This document shows, in pieces, positions 29,707-38,927 of a DNA stretch of 64,000 nt. This DNA is from Actinomycetota bacterium (GTDB lineage: Bacteria; Actinomycetota; Humimicrobiia; Humimicrobiales; Humimicrobiaceae). The stretch is taken from assembly GCA_012837825.1 (NCBI GenBank), contig DUQM01000015.1, forward strand, positions 11,318 through 75,317. The letters are read 5' to 3'. The position numbers were made by a program, and so were the translations under genes. A model generated the notes under the pieces. The model was not told where the DNA came from and made no database searches. It saw only the letters and a program-made list of their open reading frames with translations. Position 1 is the first letter of the stretch, and each line of letters begins with the position of its first letter.

Positions 29707-30498
29707 TTATTGCTCTTGTTCTGAAACATTGATAAGCATTCCGTTATTTATCATTATTCCGCCTTCTACAAAAATAGTTGAGCCCGTGACATAATCGCAG
29801 TCAGCCGATGAAAGAAAAACTGCAGCCTTTCCCATATCTTCAGGTGTTCCCCATCTATGAAGCGGAATTATTTTATTTAATCTGTCAACCAGTCCCGGAA
29901 ATTCTTCTATCTGTACCTTATTTATATCTGTAATTACTGCGCCGGCTGCAATGGTATTGACATTTATCTTATACTCAGCCAGTTCAAGCGCCATGCTCTT
30001 GGCAAGCATTTTTATAGCACTCTTAGTTATACTGTATACGCCCTGGCTGCCGTTTGGTACTTCCTGATTAAAAGAAGTTACAAAAACTATTTTGCCGCCT
30101 TTATTTCTTTTAACAAGGTATCTTGCAACTTCCTGCCCGACATTAAAAGCTCCCACCAGATTTATATTCATCTGAAAATCCCAGGCTTCCTTGGTAATCT
30201 CCAGAAAAGGCTCAAACTTTACAACCCCGGCATTATTAATAAGTATATCAAGCTCATTTTTAGAAATTATTTCAGAAATCATTCTGTCAACTTCACATCT
30301 GTTTGAAACATCTGCTTTGATGCTATAGGCTTGTACTCCAAGATTTTTTAATTCCTTAACAGTTTCCTCTGCCTTTCCGGGGTCAGAAACATAATTAACA
30401 ACAACATTGCATCCTTCTTTGGCAAGTTCAATGCTTATACCTTTCCCTATGCCTCTTCCACCACCTGTAATCAGTGCCCATTTATTTTTTAGTCTCAT
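29707..30498 (-). CDS. SDR family NAD(P)-dependent oxidoreductase (candidate L-rhamnose/6-deoxyhexose 1-dehydrogenase)
   Basis: TGGGRGIGKG cofactor motif, NNAG, and catalytic S…YxxxK (YSITKSA). Confidence 0.7.
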   Translation of the reverse strand: MRLKNKWALITGGGRGIGKGISIELAKEGCNVVVNYVSDPGKAEETVKELKNLGVQAYSIKADVSNRCEVDRMISEIISKNELDILINNAGVVKFEPFLEITKEAWDFQMNINLVGAFNVGQEVARYLVKRNKGGKIVFVTSFNQEVPNGSQGVYSITKSAIKMLAKSMALELAEYKINVNTIAAGAVITDINKVQIEEFPGLVDRLNKIIPLHRWGTPEDMGKAAVFLSSADCDYVTGSTIFVEGGIMINNGMLINVSEQEQ

Positions 30499-30544
30499 AA
30501 CTGCTCCAAATTATTTTTATTTAAATATTTTAATTAATTTTCCT

Positions 30545-30880
30545 TTAATGCATCAGCTTTCCGTTTTCATAGCTGAATATCAGCGGAAGTTCTTTCATGC
30601 TTTCATTAAGTTCCGGAACAGATTTAGTCATTGCAAGTGTAATTGCATTCCACCTCTTCAAGCCTTCATCACTTTCAAAAACCTCAAGCATCTTTTTTTT
30701 GTCTTCTACTTCAAGATAAATAAAAACAAGGTTTTTAAAGATTGCAATCTCTTCTTTTATTACTCCGGCCTTTTTATTTACCTGTATTATTTCAGGCCAC
30801 ACATTTTCTTTTTTATGAATTTTTATATAATTTTCTATTTCATCTTCTTTAAGTTCCATTAGCCAGATGATTCTTTCCAT
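30545..30880 (-). CDS. rhaM: L-rhamnose mutarotase (RhaM/YiiL family)
   Basis: About 104-111 aa, MERIIWLMELKEDEIENYIKIHKK…VWPEI…RWNAIT…. The size and motif pattern match the RhaM family. Confidence 0.65.
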   Translation of the reverse strand: MERIIWLMELKEDEIENYIKIHKKENVWPEIIQVNKKAGVIKEEIAIFKNLVFIYLEVEDKKKMLEVFESDEGLKRWNAITLAMTKSVPELNESMKELPLIFSYENGKLMH

Positions 30881-30996
30881 AATAGCTCCAAGATAAAAAA
30901 AATTCTTTATTAGTAGTTCTTTTTTATAAAAATAATAAGTGTTTGGTTGGTCAAGATAATTTATAGGGGGCTTTTATTTAAGCCCCCTATAAATAC

Positions 30997-32058
30997 TTAA
31001 ATCAGGTCTTTAAATTCGTCAATATTGTCTTTATTAAATCTGAATAAAGAATCGCCTAAAAATACAAGACCTTGTTCATCACCAGCTTGTTCTCCAATAG
31101 TATACTTGCCAAGTCTTCCGGCTTCAAATGTTTCTCCCGGTTTGCCGGTAATAGCACCGGTAGCCAATAAATGAGTGGAATATGCATTTACATAACCAAG
31201 ATCAATAGGGTTCCATAGAGCAAATATAGGAGACGCACCATTTTTTACATATTCAGCCATTTCGCTAGGCATACCCAGTCCGGTTACAAAGACTTTTCCA
31301 ATCATGTCTTCGTCAGTCACAGCTCTTGCTGTAGCTGCAACTCCAACCGTTGTAGGAGCTATTATCCCTTTTAAATCCGGATAAGATTTAAACAAGCCAA
31401 GTGCTTCATTATAGCTCTTTTCCCTGACATCATCTCCATAAACAACACTGACAAGTTCTATTTTTGAATACTCAGGCTTCTCCAATTCTTCTTTCATGTA
31501 TTCAATCCATGTGTTTTGATTGGCCATTGTGGCGGCAGCACTTAAAATCGCTATCTGCCCTTCACCATCTATCAGTTCAGAAATAATTTTCACCTGATCA
31601 ATACCAATTACTTTCTGGTCTACGGGTTCAACAGAAAGTTGCCTGCTTCCAGGAACATTTCCGGATTCCCATCCTACAACTGCAATGCCTGCATCCATAG
31701 CTTTTTTTGCAACTGAGGCGATTGATTGAGGATCATTTGCTACATAAGTAATACCATCAACTTTCTGTGCAATGAGCTGCTCCATTATCTCTATCTGACC
31801 CTCTGGAGTAGGTTGTTCCGGACCTCTGAATATTGATTCATCTCCTAATTCTGCTGCAGCTTCATCCCAGCCTTTTTTAATAGCATCGAAAAAAGGATTG
31901 CCTATATTTTTTACTACCAAAGCAATTTTAAGACCGCCTTCCTTTGCTGCACCAGCTCCTTCTGTAACAGCAGCTTTTGTTTTGCACCCTATCCCAAAAG
32001 ATAGTGTTAAAACAATACATACAATAAAGAAAGTAAAAATCATTACTTTTCTTTTCAT
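30997..32058 (-). CDS. Sugar ABC transporter periplasmic substrate-binding protein (RbsB/RhaS-like)
   Basis: N-terminal lipoprotein-type signal (…LSFGIGC) followed by a periplasmic-binding-protein type I fold. It is adjacent to the RbsC-type permeases. Confidence 0.7.
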   Translation of the reverse strand: MKRKVMIFTFFIVCIVLTLSFGIGCKTKAAVTEGAGAAKEGGLKIALVVKNIGNPFFDAIKKGWDEAAAELGDESIFRGPEQPTPEGQIEIMEQLIAQKVDGITYVANDPQSIASVAKKAMDAGIAVVGWESGNVPGSRQLSVEPVDQKVIGIDQVKIISELIDGEGQIAILSAAATMANQNTWIEYMKEELEKPEYSKIELVSVVYGDDVREKSYNEALGLFKSYPDLKGIIAPTTVGVAATARAVTDEDMIGKVFVTGLGMPSEMAEYVKNGASPIFALWNPIDLGYVNAYSTHLLATGAITGKPGETFEAGRLGKYTIGEQAGDEQGLVFLGDSLFRFNKDNIDEFKDLI

Positions 32059-32120
32059 GTATCCTCCTCTCTTTTGATAAATTATTTATTAATTATCTGA
32101 ATAGCCGCTAAAATTAATTT

Positions 32121-33110
32121 CTATTGCCGTAAAGGCTTTGGTTTTGTGAAATTTTTTACAAAATTGTTGATAAGTATAGATAAAATCAGAAGGGTGCCTG
32201 AAATTATCAACATAATCTGCCCCGGAACATTATGAAGCCCCAGGCCATATCTTATAGTTCCTATCAGAAATATTGATATAATTACACCGGGCATAGTGCC
32301 TGTTCCTCCAGACATCATTACCCCTCCCAGAATTACGATAGTTATTATTTCCAGCTCAAATCCTGTTGCCAGATTTGGTCTGGTATTTCCTATTCTGGCA
32401 GTTAAAAACATTGCAGCAAAACTGGAAATAAAGCCGGAAAGAGTAAATAAAATCAATTTTATTTTTTTTACCGGTATTCCTGATGCAAAACAGGAATTTT
32501 CATTCCATCCTATTGCATATATCATTCTACCCATAAAAGTTTTGTGAAGAACCAGAGAAAATATGATGGCAAGCACAATAAAAACAATAAGAGGGAATGG
32601 TATTTTTGTATTGCCGATATAACCCTGACCAAGATAAGTAAATTTTTCCGTAAAACCGCTGACTGCTTTATCCCCAAGTATTACATAAGAAATCCCTCTG
32701 TAAAATGAAAAAGTAGCCAGGGTTATTATCATAGACGGCAAAGAAAGTCTTGTTATTATAAATCCGTTTAAAAAACCGCAGAAAGTTCCTGCCAGTATGC
32801 CTAATAGTACTGATATCCATATATTTATTCCTGATTGAAAGCTTACAGCCATTACTACTGACGACAGACTCATTGTCGATGCAACTGAAAGATCAATATT
32901 GCCTGTAATTATTATGAGTGTCATAATAAGAGCAATCAGACCCTTTTCCATAAAAATAAAAGTCATATCAAGTATATTCCGGGCATTGAGATAATGAGGT
33001 GTGGTAAAACTCATTATAATATTGAAAATTATAAATATAAGAAACAACATTGTTTCCCATCTGGAAAATACTGATTTAAAGCGATTACTCTTTTTAACCA
33101 TATCTGTCAT
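32121..33110 (-). CDS. Sugar ABC transporter permease (RbsC/AraH family)
   Basis: 329 aa and polytopic, with a branched-chain/ribose permease-like pattern. It is in an operon with the SBP and the dual-NBD ATPase. Confidence 0.7.
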   Translation of the reverse strand: MTDMVKKSNRFKSVFSRWETMLFLIFIIFNIIMSFTTPHYLNARNILDMTFIFMEKGLIALIMTLIIITGNIDLSVASTMSLSSVVMAVSFQSGINIWISVLLGILAGTFCGFLNGFIITRLSLPSMIITLATFSFYRGISYVILGDKAVSGFTEKFTYLGQGYIGNTKIPFPLIVFIVLAIIFSLVLHKTFMGRMIYAIGWNENSCFASGIPVKKIKLILFTLSGFISSFAAMFLTARIGNTRPNLATGFELEIITIVILGGVMMSGGTGTMPGVIISIFLIGTIRYGLGLHNVPGQIMLIISGTLLILSILINNFVKNFTKPKPLRQ

Positions 33111-33111
33111 T

Positions 33112-34137
33112 TTATATATGCTTTCTTTCTTTCAATGCTTTATTTATATTTCTTGCAAGAACTGCGTCAATAATTACCGCTACCAAAATGATTCCTCCAT
33201 TGATCGCCAGTTTCCAGAATGGAGATACCCCGATTAGATTTAAAGAACTGTTAATTGCACCTATAAGAATTGAGCCAAATAATACTCCCCATATTGACCC
33301 TGAACCGCCAGCTATAGCTACCCCTCCCAGAATTACTGCTGTAATTGTAGTAAATTCAAATCCTGAAGCAGAATCTGTCTGTGCTGAAGTATATCTGGCA
33401 ACCCATAAAACTCCTGCCATTCCAACAAGTATTCCGGTAATGATATAGGTAAGAAAAATTGTCTTTTTTATATTTATGCCTATGATTTTTGCACTTTCAG
33501 GACTGCTTCCGGTTGCATATGTTTCCCGACCGGCAGTAGTGTGATTCAAGAAGTAATAAAAAATCAGATAAACTATAATGGTAATTAGTATTAAATTAGG
33601 TATCTTTAAGAATGTCCCTCTTGCAAAGTTCTTAAAAGCTTCCGGCAGCTTGTCTGCTCCAACCCATTGACCGCCATTAATCTGATAGTTGATTATAAAA
33701 GTAAGACCCCTGAAAACATTCATGGTGCCAAGCGTAGCTATAATAGGTGGGATATTGCCTTTTACAATTAATACACCATTAAGAGCTCCCATTGCTGCAC
33801 CGATTATCATACCTATAAGTATAGCCAGCAAGGGATTGAAATTTGCGGTGTCTTTTATTATCAAAGCCACTATCATTCCTGAAAGACCAATACCTGCGCC
33901 TACCGAAATATCAATACCTCTGGTAAGAATTACCATCATCTGCCCAACGGCAACTATCGCAAGGATTGCGGTATCAAGAGCAATATCATATATATTGTCC
34001 AGACTGATAAAAACAGGATTAATCAAAGATATTACCAGAGAAAAAACAATTAAAAATCCAAGTACGCTTATTTCTCTTATACTGGCGAATTTTACAACCA
34101 GACTACTTGATGAGTTTGAATTTTTCTTATCAGTCAT
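33112..34137 (-). CDS. Sugar ABC transporter permease (RbsC/AraH family), second subunit
   Basis: 341 aa and polytopic, paralogous to the preceding permease. Confidence 0.7.
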   Translation of the reverse strand: MTDKKNSNSSSSLVVKFASIREISVLGFLIVFSLVISLINPVFISLDNIYDIALDTAILAIVAVGQMMVILTRGIDISVGAGIGLSGMIVALIIKDTANFNPLLAILIGMIIGAAMGALNGVLIVKGNIPPIIATLGTMNVFRGLTFIINYQINGGQWVGADKLPEAFKNFARGTFLKIPNLILITIIVYLIFYYFLNHTTAGRETYATGSSPESAKIIGINIKKTIFLTYIITGILVGMAGVLWVARYTSAQTDSASGFEFTTITAVILGGVAIAGGSGSIWGVLFGSILIGAINSSLNLIGVSPFWKLAINGGIILVAVIIDAVLARNINKALKERKHI

Positions 34138-34146
34138 TTGTGTTTT

Positions 34147-35655
34147 TTATGTCTTTTTATTACTAATATTAGATAATGCTGCTTCCAGTATTTTTTCCTG
34201 ATTAGCTTCAGACCTTGAAAAGGAACCTGTGACAAGGCCTTCATGCATTATTAAAATATTATCGCTCATTCCAATTATTTCAGGCAGATCTGAAGAAATC
34301 ATTAAAATACCGTTTCCTTTAACAGCAAGTTCACTTATAAATTTATGCACGGAAGCTTTTGCTCCTACATCAATACCTTTGGTAGGTTCATCAAAAATAA
34401 ATATCTTGGTTTTAGTTGCCAGCCATTTGGCAAGCGAGACTTTCTGCTTATTTCCTCCGCTTAGGTTCATTACTTTCTGGTCAATACCTGAGGTTTTTAT
34501 TTCAAGAATATCCACAAATTTATTTGTTAATTCTTTTTCAGCTTCTAAATCCAGCCATGTAAGTTTGCTTATTTTACTTAAAATAGGTAATGAAATATTA
34601 GAAACAAGATTCATCCCAAGTATTATGCCTTCTTCATCTCTGTTTTCAGGAATATAAGCTATGCCTTTTTCAATAGCCTGGGAAGGAGTTAATCTATTTA
34701 ACTTCTGCCCTTCTAAAAAAACTTCTCCGCTATCATAAGGATCCATGCCGAAAATAGCTTTTGCCAGCTCAGTCCTTCCGGAACCTATTAAACCGTATAA
34801 ACCAAGTATTTCCCCTTTATGCAGAGAAAAATTTACATCCTTAAAAGCACCTTTTTTTGAAAGGTTTTTAGTGCTTAAAATTTCCTCACCTATTTCTGCA
34901 TCAAGTTTGGGGTATAAATTATCAACTTTACGCCCCACCATCATTTGAATTAGATCATCTTTAGTCACTTCTTCTATAGTTTTTGTACCTACGCATTTCC
35001 CGTCTCTAAGCACGGTAAGCCTGTCGGTTACTCTAAAGATATCTTCAATCCTGTGAGATATGAATATTACTGATACTCCCGAATCTTTTAACTGAGCTAT
35101 TATTTCAAATAATTTTTCCGACTCGGAAATACTAAGCGCAGATGTAGGTTCGTCCATTATTATTATTTTGGATTTAATGGAAAGTGCTTTGGCAATTTCA
35201 ACCATCTGTCTTTCAGCAAGGCTGAGTGATCTTATTTTCTGCTTTGGATTCAGATTAATATTAAGTTCTTTCATCAGATTTTCTGTTTTTTTGTAAAGGT
35301 TGCGCCAGGATATTTTTCTAGTATATTTGTTGTAGGACTGATGTCCCATGAATATGTTTTCAGCAATATTAAGATCCGGAAAGATTGCAGGTTCCTGATA
35401 AATAGCTGCTATACCGCTATTTATTGATTCCATCGGACTAGACCAGACAATATCTTCTCCTTCATAAATGATTTTTCCGCTTGTCGGAAAATAAACGCCG
35501 GTAATTATTTTAATTAAAGTTGATTTGCCGGCTCCGTTTTCACCGATAATTGAGTGAACTTCTCCATATTTTAATGAAAAATCAACATCATCCAGAGCAG
35601 CGCCTCCGGAAAAAATCTTTGTTATATTTTTCAGTTCTAAGATATATTCAGACAT
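34147..35655 (-). CDS. Sugar ABC transporter ATP-binding protein with duplicated NBDs (RbsA-like)
   Basis: Two Walker A (GENGAGKST; GLIGSGRTE), two signature (LSLAERQMVEIAKAL; LSGGNKQKVSLAKWL) and two Walker B motifs. Confidence 0.85.
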   Translation of the reverse strand: MSEYILELKNITKIFSGGAALDDVDFSLKYGEVHSIIGENGAGKSTLIKIITGVYFPTSGKIIYEGEDIVWSSPMESINSGIAAIYQEPAIFPDLNIAENIFMGHQSYNKYTRKISWRNLYKKTENLMKELNINLNPKQKIRSLSLAERQMVEIAKALSIKSKIIIMDEPTSALSISESEKLFEIIAQLKDSGVSVIFISHRIEDIFRVTDRLTVLRDGKCVGTKTIEEVTKDDLIQMMVGRKVDNLYPKLDAEIGEEILSTKNLSKKGAFKDVNFSLHKGEILGLYGLIGSGRTELAKAIFGMDPYDSGEVFLEGQKLNRLTPSQAIEKGIAYIPENRDEEGIILGMNLVSNISLPILSKISKLTWLDLEAEKELTNKFVDILEIKTSGIDQKVMNLSGGNKQKVSLAKWLATKTKIFIFDEPTKGIDVGAKASVHKFISELAVKGNGILMISSDLPEIIGMSDNILIMHEGLVTGSFSRSEANQEKILEAALSNISNKKT

Positions 35656-35660
35656 ATTTT

Positions 35661-36704
35661 TTATTTAGCTTTATATTGTTTATTTTTATATTTAGACGCT
35701 GATTTTCTTTTTATCAGTCTGGACTCCAGATTAATGATATTACCTTTCCCGGCCTGCCTTTTTTTAATAATATCAAGCATCATTTCCATAGCTTTTTCAC
35801 CCATCTGTTCTTTTGGCTGTTCAATTGTAGTAAGAGGCGGATCAAGAAAAGCGCTGAGCAGAAGATTGTCAAACCCCAGAACAGAAACATCTTCAGGGAT
35901 TTTACACCCTTTCTCTTTAAGAATATTATAAATACCTGCTGCTACATTATCAGTTACTGTCATGATGGCAGTAGGAAAACTGCCGTCTTCAAAAAATTTT
36001 TTTGCGTACTCATAAGTCATTCCCATTTCATCCATAGAATACTGTTTCATAATCAATACGTTTTCCTGCCTGTACTCTAAGCCATTCTGTAATAATCCTT
36101 CCTTAAACCCTTCAAATCTTTCACTGACTGTATGCCTTTCCTTAAATTCAAAAGTGATATATCCGATATCTCTGTGGCCAAGCGAAGCAAGATAATCGAC
36201 TCCTGATTTTGCAGCTTCAAAATTGTTAATAAGCACTGAAGGTATATCTTCACCAACTTTTCTTGCGACAAGCACAATAGGAAATTTTTCATTGTTAAGT
36301 TCTCTTATGCATCTTTCATTATCAAGACCACTCACAAATATGGCTCCGTCCACATACTGATTTTTTAAATTTTCAATAAGCCTGGTTTCTTCATCGCTGT
36401 CATAAAAAGTATTGACGATGATAATATGAAAATCATTTTTATTAGCTATTTTATTAATCCCAATAAGTACCTGTGAAAAAAACTGACTTGCTATATTTGG
36501 AATAAAGACAGCTATTGTGTTGAGTGATTTTTTTCTTAAACCTTTTGCCAGGGTACTTGCCTTATAGCCCATTTCGGAAGCAGTGGAGAATATTTTTTCT
36601 TTTGTTTCTTTTTTTACATATCTGGAGCCATTCAGCGCATGGGAAACTGTGGAAATTGAAACTCCGCAAGCTTTTGCAACATCTTTTATATTATATCTAG
36701 CCAT
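35661..36704 (-). CDS. LacI family transcriptional regulator
   Basis: N-terminal HTH MARYNIKDVAKACGVSISTVSHALNG and a periplasmic-binding-like effector domain. Confidence 0.85.
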   Translation of the reverse strand: MARYNIKDVAKACGVSISTVSHALNGSRYVKKETKEKIFSTASEMGYKASTLAKGLRKKSLNTIAVFIPNIASQFFSQVLIGINKIANKNDFHIIIVNTFYDSDEETRLIENLKNQYVDGAIFVSGLDNERCIRELNNEKFPIVLVARKVGEDIPSVLINNFEAAKSGVDYLASLGHRDIGYITFEFKERHTVSERFEGFKEGLLQNGLEYRQENVLIMKQYSMDEMGMTYEYAKKFFEDGSFPTAIMTVTDNVAAGIYNILKEKGCKIPEDVSVLGFDNLLLSAFLDPPLTTIEQPKEQMGEKAMEMMLDIIKKRQAGKGNIINLESRLIKRKSASKYKNKQYKAK

Positions 36705-36746
36705 TTGTTATTAGACTGTATATAAAATATATAAAATTCTCTAATA

Positions 36747-36773
36747 CGAAACGATTTCTGCGAAACGATTTCT
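36747..36773. promoter_or_regulatory. Tandem candidate LacI-family operator half-palindromes (CGAAACGATTTCT x2)
   Basis: Two exact 13-nt copies separated by 1 nt, each GAAAcgaTTTC with palindromic ends resembling LacI/CcpA-type operators. They lie 43-70 bp upstream of the LacI regulator start, the first gene of the operon. Confidence 0.4.
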
Positions 36774-37055
36774 ATATTAAATCACCTTGCATTTTTTGTC
36801 AATATTGATTTTTATTTTTATATTATTTTAAGGAAATAATATCTGCTATTCTTTTAATATAAACAGTTCTGGATATATTCTGATAGTCTGGCTGTGGCAA
36901 TAAGCCTGGGGCTTAGTCGGCACGTTTAAAGAAAAAATAAGGCTGATAAGCTTAAATCTGCTTCCGGTCTACGATGATGAATGCATGGAAAAATGTGCGT
37001 TCAAAAAAGGCAGGCAGGGATTTGGATATTAACGGATTACGGATTGTGAAAAATC

Positions 37056-37137
37056 AACAGACTTGATTGCTTATATAAAAAATAATGCCTGATATGAAAC
37101 AGACTTGATTGCTTATATAAAAAATAATGCCTGATAT
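37056..37137. repeat. Perfect tandem direct repeat, 2 x ~40 bp (aacagacttgattgcttatataaaaaataatgcctgatat), period 42
   Basis: Both copies were read directly from the sequence. The unit contains TTGATT…TGATATAAA, which is compatible with a -35/extended -10 promoter. Confidence 0.7.
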
Positions 37138-37170
37138 AAAAATCTCTCTTGACTGTACCGGCTCTTCATC

Positions 37171-37204
37171 AAAAAAAATGAGGCCGATTTGAGATCAGCC
37201 TCAT
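37171..37204 (-). terminator. Rho-independent terminator (minus strand)
   Basis: Stem atgaggc/gcctcat with a 13-nt loop, followed on the minus strand by an 8-nt U-run (plus-strand A-run 37171-37178). It is downstream of the small 37318..37575 gene. Confidence 0.6.
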
Positions 37205-37317
37205 TAAAAATAATATCAACTGCATATCATTTCCGTTCCGGGAAACTGTTTCTTTCTGTAATAAAAAATTCCCTGCAGATTTGAGGAAATGTGCTGCGCT
37301 ACAGTTTCATGGTTTAC

Positions 37318-37545
37318 CTATTTGCTGCTCCGTTCAGCAGCTTCAAGCATTTTCTTTGCAAGCCTTAATTCAGTCTTCCTCTTTATTTCCTCATTATAGA
37401 CTCTCAGCTCTGCAACAAGCTTGTTATACCTGGTAATATAGATTGTATCACCCAGATTTTCAGTAAGATATTTGGTCAGATTAATCCTAAGATCATTGGT
37501 GTCAATTCTTAATACATTATCTCCGAGTTTTTCATTATTATCCAT
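37318..37545 (-). CDS. Small Phd/YefM-like antitoxin-fold protein (orphan)
   Basis: …LRIDTNDLRINLTKYLTE…GDTIYITRYNKLVAELRVYNE… matches the Phd/YefM pattern. The probable start is the internal Met (MDNNEKLG). No toxin partner lies adjacent and a terminator follows. Confidence 0.4.
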   Translation of the reverse strand: MDNNEKLGDNVLRIDTNDLRINLTKYLTENLGDTIYITRYNKLVAELRVYNEEIKRKTELRLAKKMLEAAERSSK

Positions 37546-37778
37546 TTTTCCTCCTGATTGAAATAAAAAAATCACTTAACAATATCAGTGAAAAATATCA
37601 AAGATATATTAATACTCTGATTAGCAATATATTAATTGTTATATTAAAACTAATTTAAGTATAATGCAATCATAAATAAAATAAATATATAAATATTGAT
37701 AAATGATTTATTAAAGACAAATATTTATATTATTACTTTGACTAAAAACCGGATTATTTCCTTTTCATTCTGAAGCTG

Positions 37779-38927
37779 TCAGGCATTCTTTCTTGTTTTC
37801 CCGTAGACATAACCAAGTGCTTTTGCCGTATCTATAAAAAGAAGCATAAAAGGCGCAAGCACAATAGACAGCATTTTAAGACATACTCTTTTAAAAGGAT
37901 TTCTTATATGTGACCACGTATCATTTACTCTCAGTAGCGGTTTATAGATATAAAACAATATAAGGGGTGCAAAAAGCACCAGAAGCCAGGGACTTGCAAA
38001 AATTGAAGCAACTATTAAGGCAATAAACACTACCAGTGATAAAAATCTGATCAAATGACGATGGGTGTACATTTTCCCGATTGCATCTCCTTTTGCATAA
38101 CGGAAAAATTGTTTAAAAACCATCACAAGACTTTCCCTCATCCTCCAGTAAACTACTGCATCCGGATTGTATGCTATCTTAAATCCTTTCTGAACCAGGT
38201 TAAAGTTAAACTTCATATCTTCTCCATAATCAAGATACCGGGGATATCCTCCGACTGCCCGCCATGCACTTTTTAAAAAGCTTATGTTTCTTGATGAAGG
38301 CATGAACTTTTTGGAATCTATTTCCTTTTTTCCCGGCATTATGCACATCTCAAGAAGTTTTTCAAGAAAAGTAAGCGCGACAGGGTGAGAGAATCCTCCT
38401 GCTGCCGAAAACTGATTTTTATCATCAAAATAATATCTGGTTATTTCAAATGACCAGTTTTTATCAAGACTGCATCCCCCGTCGCTGCCACAGATTATTT
38501 CATTTGATGCATGACTTATTGCAATGTTTCTCCCTTCCGATATATTTGATCCGGGTGAGCTGAACAACCTGATTCTGACTTTAGTTTTCCCGCCTGTTCC
38601 GGCTTCTTCTCCAAAACCGGCAGGGTCTTTCAGGGTCAGGGAAAAATCTTCGATGACTTCTTCATTTTTTACATGAACAGATGCATTATATTGTTTATTG
38701 TTTCCAGCTTTCAGAAACCGGTTATCTGATTTTTCTGAAAAGAAATTAATTACGCATGCAATGGTATTATCTGAAGAACCGCCGTCAACAATGATTATTT
38801 CTTCAGGAATAAAGTTCTGCTCAAGCAAGCTTTTAAGAAAACCGGTTATTGATCTTTCCTCATTAAAAATAGTTGTTATAAAACTGACTTTTTCTAACAC
38901 TTTCTGGTATTTTTTTTCCATTTTCAT
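37779..38927 (-). CDS. Glycosyltransferase family 2 with C-terminal transmembrane region
   Basis: The N-terminus has GT-A hallmarks (VSFITTIFNEERSI…IIIVDGGSSDNT, CGSDGGCSLD DxD-like). It has an inserted low-complexity segment and C-terminal TM helices. Confidence 0.65.
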   Translation of the reverse strand: MKMEKKYQKVLEKVSFITTIFNEERSITGFLKSLLEQNFIPEEIIIVDGGSSDNTIACVINFFSEKSDNRFLKAGNNKQYNASVHVKNEEVIEDFSLTLKDPAGFGEEAGTGGKTKVRIRLFSSPGSNISEGRNIAISHASNEIICGSDGGCSLDKNWSFEITRYYFDDKNQFSAAGGFSHPVALTFLEKLLEMCIMPGKKEIDSKKFMPSSRNISFLKSAWRAVGGYPRYLDYGEDMKFNFNLVQKGFKIAYNPDAVVYWRMRESLVMVFKQFFRYAKGDAIGKMYTHRHLIRFLSLVVFIALIVASIFASPWLLVLFAPLILFYIYKPLLRVNDTWSHIRNPFKRVCLKMLSIVLAPFMLLFIDTAKALGYVYGKTRKNA

